A DNA stretch of 64,000 bases from Promethearchaeia archaeon (GCA_029856045.1 JAHQWG010000028.1:78547-142546); one strand, 5' to 3'. Counted from the first letter of the stretch, positions 46,435 through 56,472 are shown. The notes: a model not told the origin generated them from the letters alone. Program-made: numbers and translations.

Positions 46435-47787
46435 ATGAATGAAATGGAAATAGTATCTCGGGGTAAAAGTTCAACGAATAGAAATGTTATGTTTGGTTTA
46501 CCAAAATTGGGAACATCTATTATCATGGGATTTGCGGATTTTGCTTTAGCTACTCTTTATATTTTAGGTTATCAAATAACTCCATTTCTCGTTGGTGTTG
46601 CTTTAGCATTGGGAAAACTTACGATTGCTTCGTCTCAGTTCTTTTTTGGGTGGATTAGTGATGCTAAATATACTCGATTGGGTAGAAGAAAGCCATATTT
46701 AATAATTATGAGTCCAGTACTTGGATTATCTTTTATATTATTATTACTTCCAAGTCTGATATTAGACCTCAATGATCTTAATATAATATTTATTTGGTTA
46801 GTTGTATGGTATCAAATTTTTAATATATGCTATGGAGTTACTTCCCCATACAATTCTTGGATGGCTGAACAATTTAGAGTTGAAGACAGACCCAGAGCGT
46901 CTCAATACCAACAATTTTTTGGAATGGTTGGAATGGCAATAATTACAGCCTTTTCAATGGTTGTTTTAACATCTTTTATTGATAAAATAATAGAAGACCC
47001 AGAGAGTATTCCGTCAGAGTTTTTATATAGTGTGATAATATTTGGGATTATCCCTATAGTATTATTTTATTTAGTTAGCTTTTTATTACCTATAGAGCCA
47101 AAATTCAAAATCGAATCAAATTTATTCCAAAATTTAAAGACTATTCTAAAAAATAAGAATTTTGTATTAGTAACAATTATGCAAGGTATATCTAGCGTTG
47201 CTACTATGATGATTACTGCGATAATGTTACTATTCATCGAAGTAGTTTTAGATTTTAATACTACTGAATATTATGTCGCTGCAGCTATTATGATTTTTGG
47301 TATATTAGGTTTTTTATATATTTGGAGAAAGTTGATAGAAAAATTAGGAAAAAAACGAAGTCTTCTATATATTTTTCTATCAAATGTTTTTGTCACTCTA
47401 TTAACTTTATTAGGATTATTACCCATGGAATCATCTTTTATATTTGGTATTTTGTTTATTCTTGGATTGGCAGGGTGCTTAGGTGGGTGGTCTTTATTTC
47501 CAGCTATTATGTATGCAGATATTGCTCAAGATGATGAAATAAAAACAGGAGAATTAAAAGCAGGAATATATATAGGTTTTCCTAGTATAACTCTAAATCT
47601 TTTTCAAGCTCTATCTCTATTCATTATGGGGATTATATTAGAATTACCTGATATTACTGTTGGGAGTTTGCAATATTCTATAGGTTTAATATTATGGGGG
47701 CCAATTTGTTCGCTAATATTCATTATTACTTATTTATACACGAGAAAATTTATACAACTTGATTTTGAGTGGGAAAAAAATCAATAA
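46435..47787 (+). CDS. GPH-like MFS symporter (tandem paralog 1)
   Basis: 450 aa with GWISDAKYTRLGRRKPYLII. It aligns over its full length with the next gene. Confidence 0.7.
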   Translation: MNEMEIVSRGKSSTNRNVMFGLPKLGTSIIMGFADFALATLYILGYQITPFLVGVALALGKLTIASSQFFFGWISDAKYTRLGRRKPYLIIMSPVLGLSFILLLLPSLILDLNDLNIIFIWLVVWYQIFNICYGVTSPYNSWMAEQFRVEDRPRASQYQQFFGMVGMAIITAFSMVVLTSFIDKIIEDPESIPSEFLYSVIIFGIIPIVLFYLVSFLLPIEPKFKIESNLFQNLKTILKNKNFVLVTIMQGISSVATMMITAIMLLFIEVVLDFNTTEYYVAAAIMIFGILGFLYIWRKLIEKLGKKRSLLYIFLSNVFVTLLTLLGLLPMESSFIFGILFILGLAGCLGGWSLFPAIMYADIAQDDEIKTGELKAGIYIGFPSITLNLFQALSLFIMGIILELPDITVGSLQYSIGLILWGPICSLIFIITYLYTRKFIQLDFEWEKNQ

Positions 47788-47931
47788 AACAAAATTAAAT
47801 CAAGAATTTTAATTTTCTTTTATTTAATTCTAATATTTTTCAAAATGTTTTTATTTCAATATTAAATATTTTTTTTACAAGTTGTTTTATTATTTTGTAT
47901 AATAAATATTTTAAAAAAAGATGAAATTCTT

Positions 47932-49305
47932 ATGAGTCAAGAAAAAGAGGATTTATGGACTAAAAGTAAAAAAGGTAAATTTTTAACTTTTGGAATGCCA
48001 AAATTTGGGACATCGCTTATTATGGGATTTGCAGATTTTGCGCTATTAACTCTATATACTTTAGCTTACCAATTGCCTCCAGTTCCCACTACTTTTGCTT
48101 TAGGCTTAGGAAAACTTACGATTGCTGCCGCTCAATTCGGTTTTGGATGGATTAGTGATGCTAAATATACTCGATTTGGGAGAAGAAAACCTTATTTAAT
48201 TATTCTGAGTCCAATACTTGGATTATCTTTTATATTTTTACTATTGCCAAGTTTATTAATAGATATAACTGATATAACAGCATTATTTCTTTGGTTGTTA
48301 ATATGGTATCAAATTTTTAATGTATGTTACGGTGTTACTTCACCCTACGGATCTTGGATGACCGAACAATTTATAATTGATGATCGGCCAAAAGCGTCTC
48401 AATACGAACAATTATTTGGTATGATCGGAACTGCAGTAATTTCGGTTTTTTCAATGGTTGTTTTAACGGCTTCTATTGAGGATATCCAAGCAAACCCAAA
48501 TATTATTCCATCAGAGTTTTTATATAGTGTGATAATATTTGGGATTATCCCCGTTGTATTATATTATCTGGCAACCTTTTTAATGCCCACAGAGCCCCAT
48601 TTTAAGATAGAATTAAATGTATTTCAAAACCTAAAAATGACGTTAAAAAACAAGAATTTTATATTAGTAACTCTTATGATTGGTATTGCTAGTTTAGCTT
48701 GGACTCCAGTAGGTAATCTAATTTTATCTTATATAGAAGTGGTTTTAGTTTTTGATTTTATGACTAATATTATAGCTTCAGCTATTTTCGTTATAGGGAT
48801 ACTTGTTTTCTTATATGTATGGAGAAGGCTTGTACATAAATTGGGAAAAAAAAGAAGTATTTTATATGTATTTCTAATAGCAATTGTTATCCTTCCATTC
48901 TCTTTATTAGGCATGATCGCGATGGATTCAACTTTAATATTTGGATTACTTTTTATGCTTGGGTTAACAGGGTGTATAAGTGGTTGGTTTTTACTTCCTC
49001 CAGTTTTTTTCTCAGATATTACTGAAGATGATGAAAAAACAACAGGTGAATTAAGATCAGGAATTTATAAAGGTTTTCCTAGTATTTTTCTAAACATCTT
49101 CCAATTTCTAGGTTTATTAATGGTAGGATTTTTATTAGATTTACCTGAAATTAACGTAGGAACTTCAAGTTTTTCTATAGGATATGTTATTTGGGGCCCA
49201 ATATGTTCTTTAATATTGATTGTCGCCTATTTATACTCTAGAAAATTTATTAAACTTGATTTTGAGTGGGAAAAAAATTCAATAAAAGAAAAAGAAATAA
49301 AGTAA
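47932..49305 (+). CDS. GPH-like MFS symporter (tandem paralog 2)
   Basis: 457 aa with GWISDAKYTRFGRRKPYLII. The C-terminal YxRKFIxLDFEWEKN is shared with the previous gene. Confidence 0.7.
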   Translation: MSQEKEDLWTKSKKGKFLTFGMPKFGTSLIMGFADFALLTLYTLAYQLPPVPTTFALGLGKLTIAAAQFGFGWISDAKYTRFGRRKPYLIILSPILGLSFIFLLLPSLLIDITDITALFLWLLIWYQIFNVCYGVTSPYGSWMTEQFIIDDRPKASQYEQLFGMIGTAVISVFSMVVLTASIEDIQANPNIIPSEFLYSVIIFGIIPVVLYYLATFLMPTEPHFKIELNVFQNLKMTLKNKNFILVTLMIGIASLAWTPVGNLILSYIEVVLVFDFMTNIIASAIFVIGILVFLYVWRRLVHKLGKKRSILYVFLIAIVILPFSLLGMIAMDSTLIFGLLFMLGLTGCISGWFLLPPVFFSDITEDDEKTTGELRSGIYKGFPSIFLNIFQFLGLLMVGFLLDLPEINVGTSSFSIGYVIWGPICSLILIVAYLYSRKFIKLDFEWEKNSIKEKEIK

Positions 49306-49405
49306 TTTTTTGAATTCCTTAAATAAAAAACCATTAAAACCAGTAGAGAAAACTTAATAACCTATTAAACTATTTTTTTTTTTAATTGAATTAAAAGCGA
49401 TAAGA

Positions 49406-49567
49406 GTGAAATTAAAAGATGAAGTGGGGGTTATTCCCAGAGCTGGAGCAGGTATTGGAGAAGGTGTTCCCATTTTATTATCTAAAGAGGGAGCTAAGGT
49501 TAGTTGTAATTCAATATCTGAATCTGCTTTAAAGGTAACTGAAAAAATTATAAATTCTATTTTTAAA
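49406..49567 (+). pseudogene. N-terminal remnant of a plus-strand SDR gene, truncated where the minus-strand SDR gene ends
   Basis: Reads VKLKDEVGVIPRAGAGIGEGVPILLSKEGAKVSCNSISESALKVTEKIINS. This is the SDR N-terminus (compare MRLKDKVVVLTGAASGIGRSTAILFAKEGA) with the TG of the TGxxxGIG motif degraded to PR. The frame then runs into the antisense of the neighbouring gene. Confidence 0.5.
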
Positions 49568-50344
49568 TTATCTTGTTGTCCAACCACCATCCAAACGTAA
49601 ATCCGCTCCCGTCATGTAAGAGGATTCTTCAGTTGCTAAAAATAGAATTCCTGTAGCGATTTCTTCTGGTTTAGCCCATCTCCCCAACACTCCTTCTTCT
49701 TCAAATTCTTTTTTTACTACCTCATAATCAACCCCTCTATCTTTTGCCTGTTTAGCTACATCACTTTGTAACATCGGAGTGTCTGTAGCTCCTGGACTCA
49801 CACTATTGACTCGGATTCCATAAGGAGCCAAATCTAACGCTAAAGCTCTTGTGAATCCTAAAATACCAGCTTTAGTGGAGCAATAATTTGCATGATTGAC
49901 TTGTCCAATGTGAGCGGCAACTGAAGCTAAGGTTATAATTGAACCAAATTTTTGATTTTTAAAATATGGAATAGCATATTTACATGTATAATAGGTACCC
50001 TTAAGATTAACATCAATCAATAAATCATAATCCTCATCTGGAAAATCTTCAATGGGACCTACTCTTACAACACCAGCATTACATATCAATATATCCATTT
50101 TTCCATATTTTTTTATGGTTGTATCAATCATATCTTTAACTTCAGCAGGTTTAGTTACATCCACTTTCATAAATATTGTATTTTCTTTTCCATCTTTTAT
50201 CATTTCATATGTTTCGTTTAAACCCTTTTCATCAATATCTGAAATAATTTGAATCGCACCCTCTTTAGCAAATAGAATTGCAGTAGACCTACCAATGCCG
50301 GAGGCTGCACCAGTTAATACTACTACTTTATCTTTTAATCTCAT
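49568..50344 (-). CDS. Short-chain dehydrogenase/reductase (FabG-like), tandem copy 2
   Basis: TGAASGIGRSTA, NAG, and the S..YxxxK triad context (HANYCSTKAG). The C-terminus is PGATDTPM..GADLRLDGGW. Confidence 0.85.
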   Translation of the reverse strand: MRLKDKVVVLTGAASGIGRSTAILFAKEGAIQIISDIDEKGLNETYEMIKDGKENTIFMKVDVTKPAEVKDMIDTTIKKYGKMDILICNAGVVRVGPIEDFPDEDYDLLIDVNLKGTYYTCKYAIPYFKNQKFGSIITLASVAAHIGQVNHANYCSTKAGILGFTRALALDLAPYGIRVNSVSPGATDTPMLQSDVAKQAKDRGVDYEVVKKEFEEEGVLGRWAKPEEIATGILFLATEESSYMTGADLRLDGGWTTR

Positions 50345-50387
50345 TTGATTTACCTTTAAAAAAAATTAAGACATTTAGATATGAAGT

Positions 50388-50400
50388 ATTTCTCTGAAAT
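50388..50400. promoter_or_regulatory. Conserved palindrome ATTTC-TCT-GAAAT upstream of SDR copy 2
   Basis: The identical 13-mer occurs at the equivalent position upstream of copy 1 (51447-51459). It lies inside a duplicated 5' region of about 70-90 nt next to TATA-like sequence. Confidence 0.35.
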
Positions 50401-50626
50401 ATATTTTATTCTTTAGATTATAAATAATACTAGATAACAAAGAGCATTAAAAAGGAAAAAATAAGATTTTAATATTTGTTTAAAATATAATAAAACGATC
50501 GAAGAAAGTTAAGAATCCAGCCTTTATGGCAGTAAATGGATATATTCTATTTGATTACGATTATTTTGTGAACAATTTTTCATTACAAGTAAATAAATAT
50601 ATAAAAATTAAAACATATTCAAATGT

Positions 50627-51403
50627 TTATCTAATTTTCCAACCTCCATCTATGCGTAAATCTACACCATTAATATAAGATGATTCATCAGTTGCTAAAA
50701 AGAGAATACCAGTAGCTATTTCTTCAGGTCTCGCCCATCGACCCATCACTCTCTCTTCTTCAAATTCTCTCTTAACCACGTTGTAATCAACACCTCTATC
50801 TTTTGCTTGTTTAGATACATCATTTTGCAACATAGGTGTATCAGTAGCTCCAGGACTAACACTATTTACCCGAATTCCATAAGGTGCTAAATCTAATGAT
50901 AAAGCTCGTGTAAACCCTAATACTCCTGATTTCGTAGAACAATAATTTGCATGATAAATTTTCCCCATATGAGCTGCTACAGAGGATAAGGTTATGATTA
51001 CACCATATCTTTGTTTTTTGAAATATGGTACAGTATATTTGCAAGTATAATAAGTTCCTTTAAGATTAACATCGATCAATAGATCATAATCCTCATCTGG
51101 AAAATCTTCAATAGGACCCACTTTCACGACTCCAGCATTACATATTAAAATATCTATCCTTCCATATTTTTCAATAGTAATATCAATCATATCTTTAATT
51201 TCAGCGGGTTTAGTAACATCTACTTTCATAATTATCGTATTTTCTTTTCCTTTAGTTATCAATTTATAAGTTTCTTTCAAACCTTCTTTATTAATATCAG
51301 AAATAATTTGAATTGCTCCTTCTTTTGCAAATAAAATTGCTGTTGCCCTCCCAATACCTGATGCTGCACCCGTTAATATTACAATTTTATCTTTTAATCT
51401 CAT
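50627..51403 (-). CDS. Short-chain dehydrogenase/reductase (FabG-like), tandem copy 1
   Basis: 258 aa. My manual alignment found 46 differences over 258 positions against the 49568-50344 product. Confidence 0.85.
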   Translation of the reverse strand: MRLKDKIVILTGAASGIGRATAILFAKEGAIQIISDINKEGLKETYKLITKGKENTIIMKVDVTKPAEIKDMIDITIEKYGRIDILICNAGVVKVGPIEDFPDEDYDLLIDVNLKGTYYTCKYTVPYFKKQRYGVIITLSSVAAHMGKIYHANYCSTKSGVLGFTRALSLDLAPYGIRVNSVSPGATDTPMLQNDVSKQAKDRGVDYNVVKREFEEERVMGRWARPEEIATGILFLATDESSYINGVDLRIDGGWKIR

Positions 51404-51446
51404 TTTTCTTAACTTTAATGGTTTTTGAACATTTTAAATATAAAGA

Positions 51447-51459
51447 ATTTCTCTGAAAT
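51447..51459. promoter_or_regulatory. Conserved palindrome ATTTC-TCT-GAAAT upstream of SDR copy 1
   Basis: Same 13-mer as 50388-50400. The flanking sequence is also conserved (gaatttctctgaaatata..ttatt.tttagatta). Confidence 0.35.
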
Positions 51460-51539
51460 ATAGTTTATTATTTAGATTAAAAAAAAAGATACTAGATATC
51501 TATAAAAAATATTGGGAAAAAAAAGTAAAATAAAAGCAA

Positions 51540-53090
51540 TTATTGAAGTGTATATGCTGCAATTTTTTGAAGTTCCTCATTCTTAAGAAATTCTGATGTA
51601 GGTAATTTTTGTATTAAGTTTCCATCATCAAGAATTATAACTGTTTTTGAATATTGGGCGATAACGCGGGGATCATGAGTTATAATAATGATTGTGTGTT
51701 TTTGTTCATGAAGATCTTGAAGAATTTTCATAAATTCTTGAATCATACGATAATCCTGACCAGTAGTAGGCTCATCTACTATTAAAATCTCAGGTTTTAG
51801 AACTAAAACCGAAGCTAATGCTAATCTTTGGCGAATTCCCTTACTAAGATAAAATGTTGATTCATATATTTCTTCAAATTTTCTTAAATCTAATAGATCG
51901 ATAATTTCATTGTATCGATTTTTAATTTCATCATCGGGAAATTTAAGATTTTTTAAACCAAATTCAATTTCTTCTCTAATAGTATTTTTAAATAATTGAT
52001 GGTCAGGGTTTTGATAGCAAAAACCAATAATTTGTGCCATCTGTGTGATAGAATATTGCAAAACAGGATCACCTCTAATAAAGACTTCTCCTTGCTGAGG
52101 TCTGAGAAGCCCATTAAAATGCTTTATTAGAGTTGTTTTTCCAGAACCATTTTTTCCTATAATAGAAATAAAATCCCCATTAAAAATTTTAAGACTTATA
52201 TCTTTTAGAGCTTGAGTATTATTAGGGTAAGTAAAACTTAGATTAGATATTTCAATTATTGGATCCTGTTCTGTCGTTACATATTTACCCGTACTTATTT
52301 GTTCTGAAAATTTTAGATTCTTAGAAATTCCATTTTGGGATAAATGTATTGGAATATAAATTCCCAATTTGTTTAAAAGTTCCTTATGTTTTAAAAACTC
52401 AGAAGTTGCTCCGTTAAATCTAATTTCTCCATTATCGAGAAGTATTATTCTATTACAAAATTGAACAATTTTTTCAGTTATATGACTAACCAATATAATT
52501 GTCAAATCAAACTCTTTTCTTATTTCCTCAAGTATTTCAATAATTTCATATTTTCCTATAGGATCGAGATCAGATGTAGGTTCATCTAAGATAAGTATCT
52601 CGGGTCTCATTGCCATAATTGAAGCAATAGCAACACGCTGTTTTTGACCTCCAGAGAGCTCATCGGGTGATTTTTGCTCAAACCCTTCTAATCCAACAAG
52701 TTTTAATGCCCATTCAATTCGTTTCTTAATTTCTACACGATCAAGACCTAAAGTTTCAAGACCAAGAGCAATTTCATCTTCTACTGTTATCATTATAAAT
52801 TGAGTTTCAGGATCTTGAAATACTAAACCAATACGCTGTCCCAATTCTGTCATTTTCGCTGTTCGAGTATTTTTACCAAGAACTTCAACATTTCCTTTGA
52901 TCCATCCGCGAGTTCTTAAAGGAATTAGTCCATTAATACAACAACATAGAGTGGATTTACCTGCACCCGTCGGGCCCATAATTCCAATAAACTCACCTTG
53001 AGAGATTTTTAAATTAATTGATTTAAGAACCAGATCCTTTGAAGCTTTATATTTCCATGAAAAATCATTAAATTCTACAACAGTTTTCAA
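51540..53090 (-). CDS. ECF-type transporter ATPase, fused duplicated ABC domains (EcfA-EcfA')
   Basis: 516 aa with two Walker A sites (GPTGAGKST; GKNGSGKTT), two signature motifs (LSGGQKQRV; LSKGIRQRL) and two Walker B sites (ILILDEPT; ILIVDEPT). Confidence 0.85.
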   Translation of the reverse strand: MKTVVEFNDFSWKYKASKDLVLKSINLKISQGEFIGIMGPTGAGKSTLCCCINGLIPLRTRGWIKGNVEVLGKNTRTAKMTELGQRIGLVFQDPETQFIMITVEDEIALGLETLGLDRVEIKKRIEWALKLVGLEGFEQKSPDELSGGQKQRVAIASIMAMRPEILILDEPTSDLDPIGKYEIIEILEEIRKEFDLTIILVSHITEKIVQFCNRIILLDNGEIRFNGATSEFLKHKELLNKLGIYIPIHLSQNGISKNLKFSEQISTGKYVTTEQDPIIEISNLSFTYPNNTQALKDISLKIFNGDFISIIGKNGSGKTTLIKHFNGLLRPQQGEVFIRGDPVLQYSITQMAQIIGFCYQNPDHQLFKNTIREEIEFGLKNLKFPDDEIKNRYNEIIDLLDLRKFEEIYESTFYLSKGIRQRLALASVLVLKPEILIVDEPTTGQDYRMIQEFMKILQDLHEQKHTIIIITHDPRVIAQYSKTVIILDDGNLIQKLPTSEFLKNEELQKIAAYTLQ

Positions 53091-53099
53091 TTTTGTTCA

Positions 53100-53891
53100 C
53101 TAAAATAATTCTAGAAAGAGGAATACAAAACTTTTATTGATAAGAGATAAATAGATAGAAAAAAATAGAAGTATGAATAAGCCAATAATGATTGCATAAT
53201 CCTTTTTCTTAATTGGAAAATAATGATAAGTAGTCCTATTTTTTGAGCGTAATGGAATTCCTCGTGATTCAATAGATGCAGCCATGTCTTCTGTTTTTTT
53301 GAACATTAAAACAATTAATACAATAAAAATTGATATAAAATTTTTAATTCTTTTAGGTATTGAAGCACGTTCAAATTCAACCCCTCGAGTCATCATGGCT
53401 TCTCGGACAATAGAATATTCTTGTTGGAACATTGAGAGACCTCGAAAAGTCATACTTATAATTAAAGTAACAGTAAAGGGTACCTTAATTGAACGTAATC
53501 CATGAATTAAATCTCGATCGGAGATCCCAGCAAAAAAGAATATCATTAAAAAGAACATATTAATAATGCGTAAGTAGTATCTCGAAGCAATATAAATCGA
53601 CTGATCACTAATTAATATATGCCAATTCCCAACCCATGTTTCAAAAAAGATGATATCTCCTTCTACTGGAGTAAAAAAGCACCATACAATATAAATAGAT
53701 AAAGAAGAAATTAAAATGCCAATAATAATTTTTCTAAATTTCCTTGAAAATATAGGTATTTTAGCCAATAAACCCAAAATGATGATCAATATAAGGAGGC
53801 AAATTAAATCAAAAACGTTAGAAAAGAGTAAGACAACAAAGCTTAAAATAAACACAATAGATATCTTTGTAATTGGATGTAGTTTGGTCAT
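53100..53891 (-). CDS. ECF transporter transmembrane (T) component, CbiQ/EcfT family
   Basis: 263 aa and about 5-6 TM segments. The coupling-helix region is ISMTFRGLSMFQQEYSIVREAMMTRGVEFE. It lies adjacent to the ECF ATPase gene. Confidence 0.75.
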   Translation of the reverse strand: MTKLHPITKISIVFILSFVVLLFSNVFDLICLLILIIILGLLAKIPIFSRKFRKIIIGILISSLSIYIVWCFFTPVEGDIIFFETWVGNWHILISDQSIYIASRYYLRIINMFFLMIFFFAGISDRDLIHGLRSIKVPFTVTLIISMTFRGLSMFQQEYSIVREAMMTRGVEFERASIPKRIKNFISIFIVLIVLMFKKTEDMAASIESRGIPLRSKNRTTYHYFPIKKKDYAIIIGLFILLFFSIYLSLINKSFVFLFLELF

Positions 53892-53957
53892 GAAAGATTC
53901 TGATGGAATATAAGAAAAAAAAGTTTTTGAAAGAGTTGAGATTAAATCTCACCTCAT

Positions 53958-54725
53958 TTATGAAAACCACTTGTCTACAAATATTGAAGTTTCTTTTATT
54001 TTTCCAGTTAAAGATACCATCATTGGTGTAGCTATTGCAGACAAGACAATCAAATCTCCTGCAAACCAACCTATTACTCCGATCCAATATGCTTCAGCTG
54101 AAGGTTCGCCTATGAATACATTAATACCCCAAATTCCCCACAATGCTGAAGTAATTGCTGCTCCAAATATTCCAAAAATTACATATAGTAACCATGAACG
54201 AGATGGATTTATTATGTACATAAATATTATTAAAACTACTGCAACTATTAAAGTTATTAGCCACAGTACTTCTAAGCCACCTATAGCTGTTGCGATTGCT
54301 GATACTATAAGATTTATAACTAAAATTGCGAGCAATATATACATTTCTTTTTTACGCTTTAAATTTGCTCCGATATCTACATCAGCTTTAAAAATTCTGA
54401 ATGCTAAAAGAGGTACAAATCCCTCAATGAAATCTGCCATGGCCCAAACAAAACTCCAAGGACCAAAACCTGAGACAAAACCAAGAATAACGCATGAAAA
54501 ATAACCTGCAAAACAGCCCCACATACCTAACCATAAACTTAATGGGACATACACAGCTGCAGCTAAATAAAGACCAGAAACTCCAGGAAATGGTGCTACT
54601 GGGGCAAGAATTACCGCATAAATTGCTAAAATCGCACTAACTCCTGTAGCTAAGGCAGTAACAACTAAATGCCTCCAAGTAACTCCAATTCTTACCTCTT
54701 CCATACCAGAACTAGAATTATTCAT
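53958..54725 (-). CDS. Putative ECF substrate-capture (S) component, atypically long
   Basis: 255 aa, a Gly/Ala/Trp-rich polytopic membrane protein directly upstream of EcfT on the same strand. The assignment rests on context only. Confidence 0.4.
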   Translation of the reverse strand: MNNSSSGMEEVRIGVTWRHLVVTALATGVSAILAIYAVILAPVAPFPGVSGLYLAAAVYVPLSLWLGMWGCFAGYFSCVILGFVSGFGPWSFVWAMADFIEGFVPLLAFRIFKADVDIGANLKRKKEMYILLAILVINLIVSAIATAIGGLEVLWLITLIVAVVLIIFMYIINPSRSWLLYVIFGIFGAAITSALWGIWGINVFIGEPSAEAYWIGVIGWFAGDLIVLSAIATPMMVSLTGKIKETSIFVDKWFS

Positions 54726-55192
54726 TTTTTATTCAACTTGTTTTTTCTTTTTATGATTTTAATTAGATTTATTTTCGTGTTACAAATTGTCTAATTTTTA
54801 TTTAAACTTTAATATATTAATGGATTATTCTATATTTCTGTTTCTTGCATATTAGGAGAAAAATGTATGTTAAAAAGATTATATTACATAGATATTTTTA
54901 TCGAGAGTAGAAAGTTTTCCACATTTCGATTCAGTAATTCGATAACAATCTTCAATTCCGACTAAACAAAATTTTTTAAAAAGTTTGCCAAACTTCAATA
55001 TCTAACACCATATTTTCTTCAAAATTCAGATCAGGAGTTTTCATTATATCAAGTAGATGAAATTCTTCGCATTCAAAGCCATTTTCATTTCTCCTTAATA
55101 ATATTAATTAATTTAATTTTTAATATAGTTAAAGATTTTTTACTTGATGAGATATATTAATTAAATCTTCAATAATAAAAAAGGTTCAAGAA

Positions 55193-55960
55193 ATGGGAAT
55201 TAGAGTAGAAAAAAAAGGAGTTGTAACCACAGTAATTATTGATAATCCTAAAGTTAAAAATGCAATTGATCGGAAAAATGCATCTTCACTTGCAAATGCG
55301 TTTCGAGAGTTTAAACAGGATGAGAATGCACGTGTGGCGGTTCTCTGGGGTGCAAATGGAATATTTTGTTCGGGTGCAAATCTAAAGGCAATAGTAATGG
55401 GAAATGGAAATAGAATAGAGAAGAAAGGAGATGGGCCAATGGGATCAACTAGGATGGTCTTATCTAAACCTGTAATTGCTGCAGTTGCAGGGTATGCGGT
55501 TGCTGGAGGATTGGAACTCGCTTTATGGTGTGATTTGCGAGTGGTTGAAAAAAATGCAGTTTTTGGAGTCTTTTCTCGCAGATTTGGAGTCCCCCTTATC
55601 GATGGTGGTACGGTACGTCTTCCAAGACTTATTGGATTAAGTAATGCATTGGATATGATAATTACTGGACGACCTATTACTGCTAAAGAGGCATTTAGGA
55701 TGGGTCTTGCAAATCGAGTTGTTGATGTTGATAAGTCAAGAGAGGATGCTGAAAAATTAGCGAGAGAAATTGCTACATTTCCACAAACATGTCTTAGAGA
55801 GGATCGATTATCGGTATATGAACAATTTGGATTAAATTTAAAAGATGCATTAGCAAATGAATTTGAACATGGTCTTAAAACTTTAGCAAGTCAAGAACAC
55901 TTAAAAGGATCTCAAGTCTTTATGGATGGGAAAGGAAAACATGGGAAATTTTTTAATTAA
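55193..55960 (+). CDS. Enoyl-CoA hydratase/isomerase (crotonase) family protein
   Basis: VTTVIIDNPKVKNAID, FCSGANLKA, KPVIAAVAGYAVAGGLELALWCDLRV and TGRPITAKEAFRMGLANRVV. Confidence 0.8.
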   Translation: MGIRVEKKGVVTTVIIDNPKVKNAIDRKNASSLANAFREFKQDENARVAVLWGANGIFCSGANLKAIVMGNGNRIEKKGDGPMGSTRMVLSKPVIAAVAGYAVAGGLELALWCDLRVVEKNAVFGVFSRRFGVPLIDGGTVRLPRLIGLSNALDMIITGRPITAKEAFRMGLANRVVDVDKSREDAEKLAREIATFPQTCLREDRLSVYEQFGLNLKDALANEFEHGLKTLASQEHLKGSQVFMDGKGKHGKFFN

Positions 55961-56009
55961 TCCCTTATCTATATTAATATAAATCCAATATAAAAAAATT
56001 GAAAATAAG

Positions 56010-56213
56010 ATGAGAAGATTACTTATTATTTATGGAATTTTTGTTATTTTTACAATTATTACAGTTATAATTTGGATTATGTATTTTATTGATATTTATT
56101 TTCTTTTTCAATATACTAGTTATAACAATCCACTTTTATTTTTAGGAATTTTATTTATGATAATTGAGGGTATATTAGAAGTAATTACTATGTTTATTAA
56201 GAGAAGATATTAA
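56010..56213 (+). CDS. Possible small two-TM protein
   Basis: 67-aa hydrophobic ORF in an otherwise ORF-free gap. It could be a compositional artefact of AT-rich sequence. Confidence 0.2.
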   Translation: MRRLLIIYGIFVIFTIITVIIWIMYFIDIYFLFQYTSYNNPLLFLGILFMIIEGILEVITMFIKRRY

Positions 56214-56413
56214 ATAAATAATTGAAAATCTTTACATTTCTAAAAAGATTAACGTAATTCTATTGAAATTTGTAATTTCTTTTTACCTCCCTTTTCTCTA
56301 TTTTCAAAGAAGATCTTTAAGTTGGGTAAATTTAACATACATTATTCTTTATATTTCTTTTTGAAAAAAAGTTGAAAATCCAAAAATAATTAAATCTGTC
56401 AAGGAACAAAATT

Positions 56414-56432
56414 AAAAAAAAAAAAAAAAAAA
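56414..56432 (-). terminator. Poly-T (T19 on the minus strand) transcription terminator candidate
   Basis: An uninterrupted run of 19 A on the plus strand lies about 40 nt downstream of the stop of the minus-strand gene 56473-59898. Oligo-T tracts are the canonical archaeal termination signal. Confidence 0.5.
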
Positions 56433-56472
56433 TTAATTTTTATATTATATATTAGTAATATCGCAGATTCCT

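Noticed and set aside
53971-54504. 177-aa plus-strand ORF in the track, together with similar long antisense ORFs at 28635-28997, 37965-38327, 38023-38292, 39562-39897, 57791-58114 and 26010-26207.
   Set aside because: Each lies entirely antisense to a gene with clear family motifs or membrane topology. Their products are low-complexity with no motifs. This is typical shadow-ORF behaviour.
54880-55095. Minus-strand open stretches GFECEEFHLLDIMKTPDLNFEENMVLDIEVWQTF and KFCLVGIEDCYRITESKCGKLSTLDKNIYVI in the 467-nt gap upstream of the ECF S-component gene. These could be a decayed gene.
   Set aside because: I cannot relate either peptide to a family, both are short, and they are in different frames. 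I leave them as a note rather than a feature.
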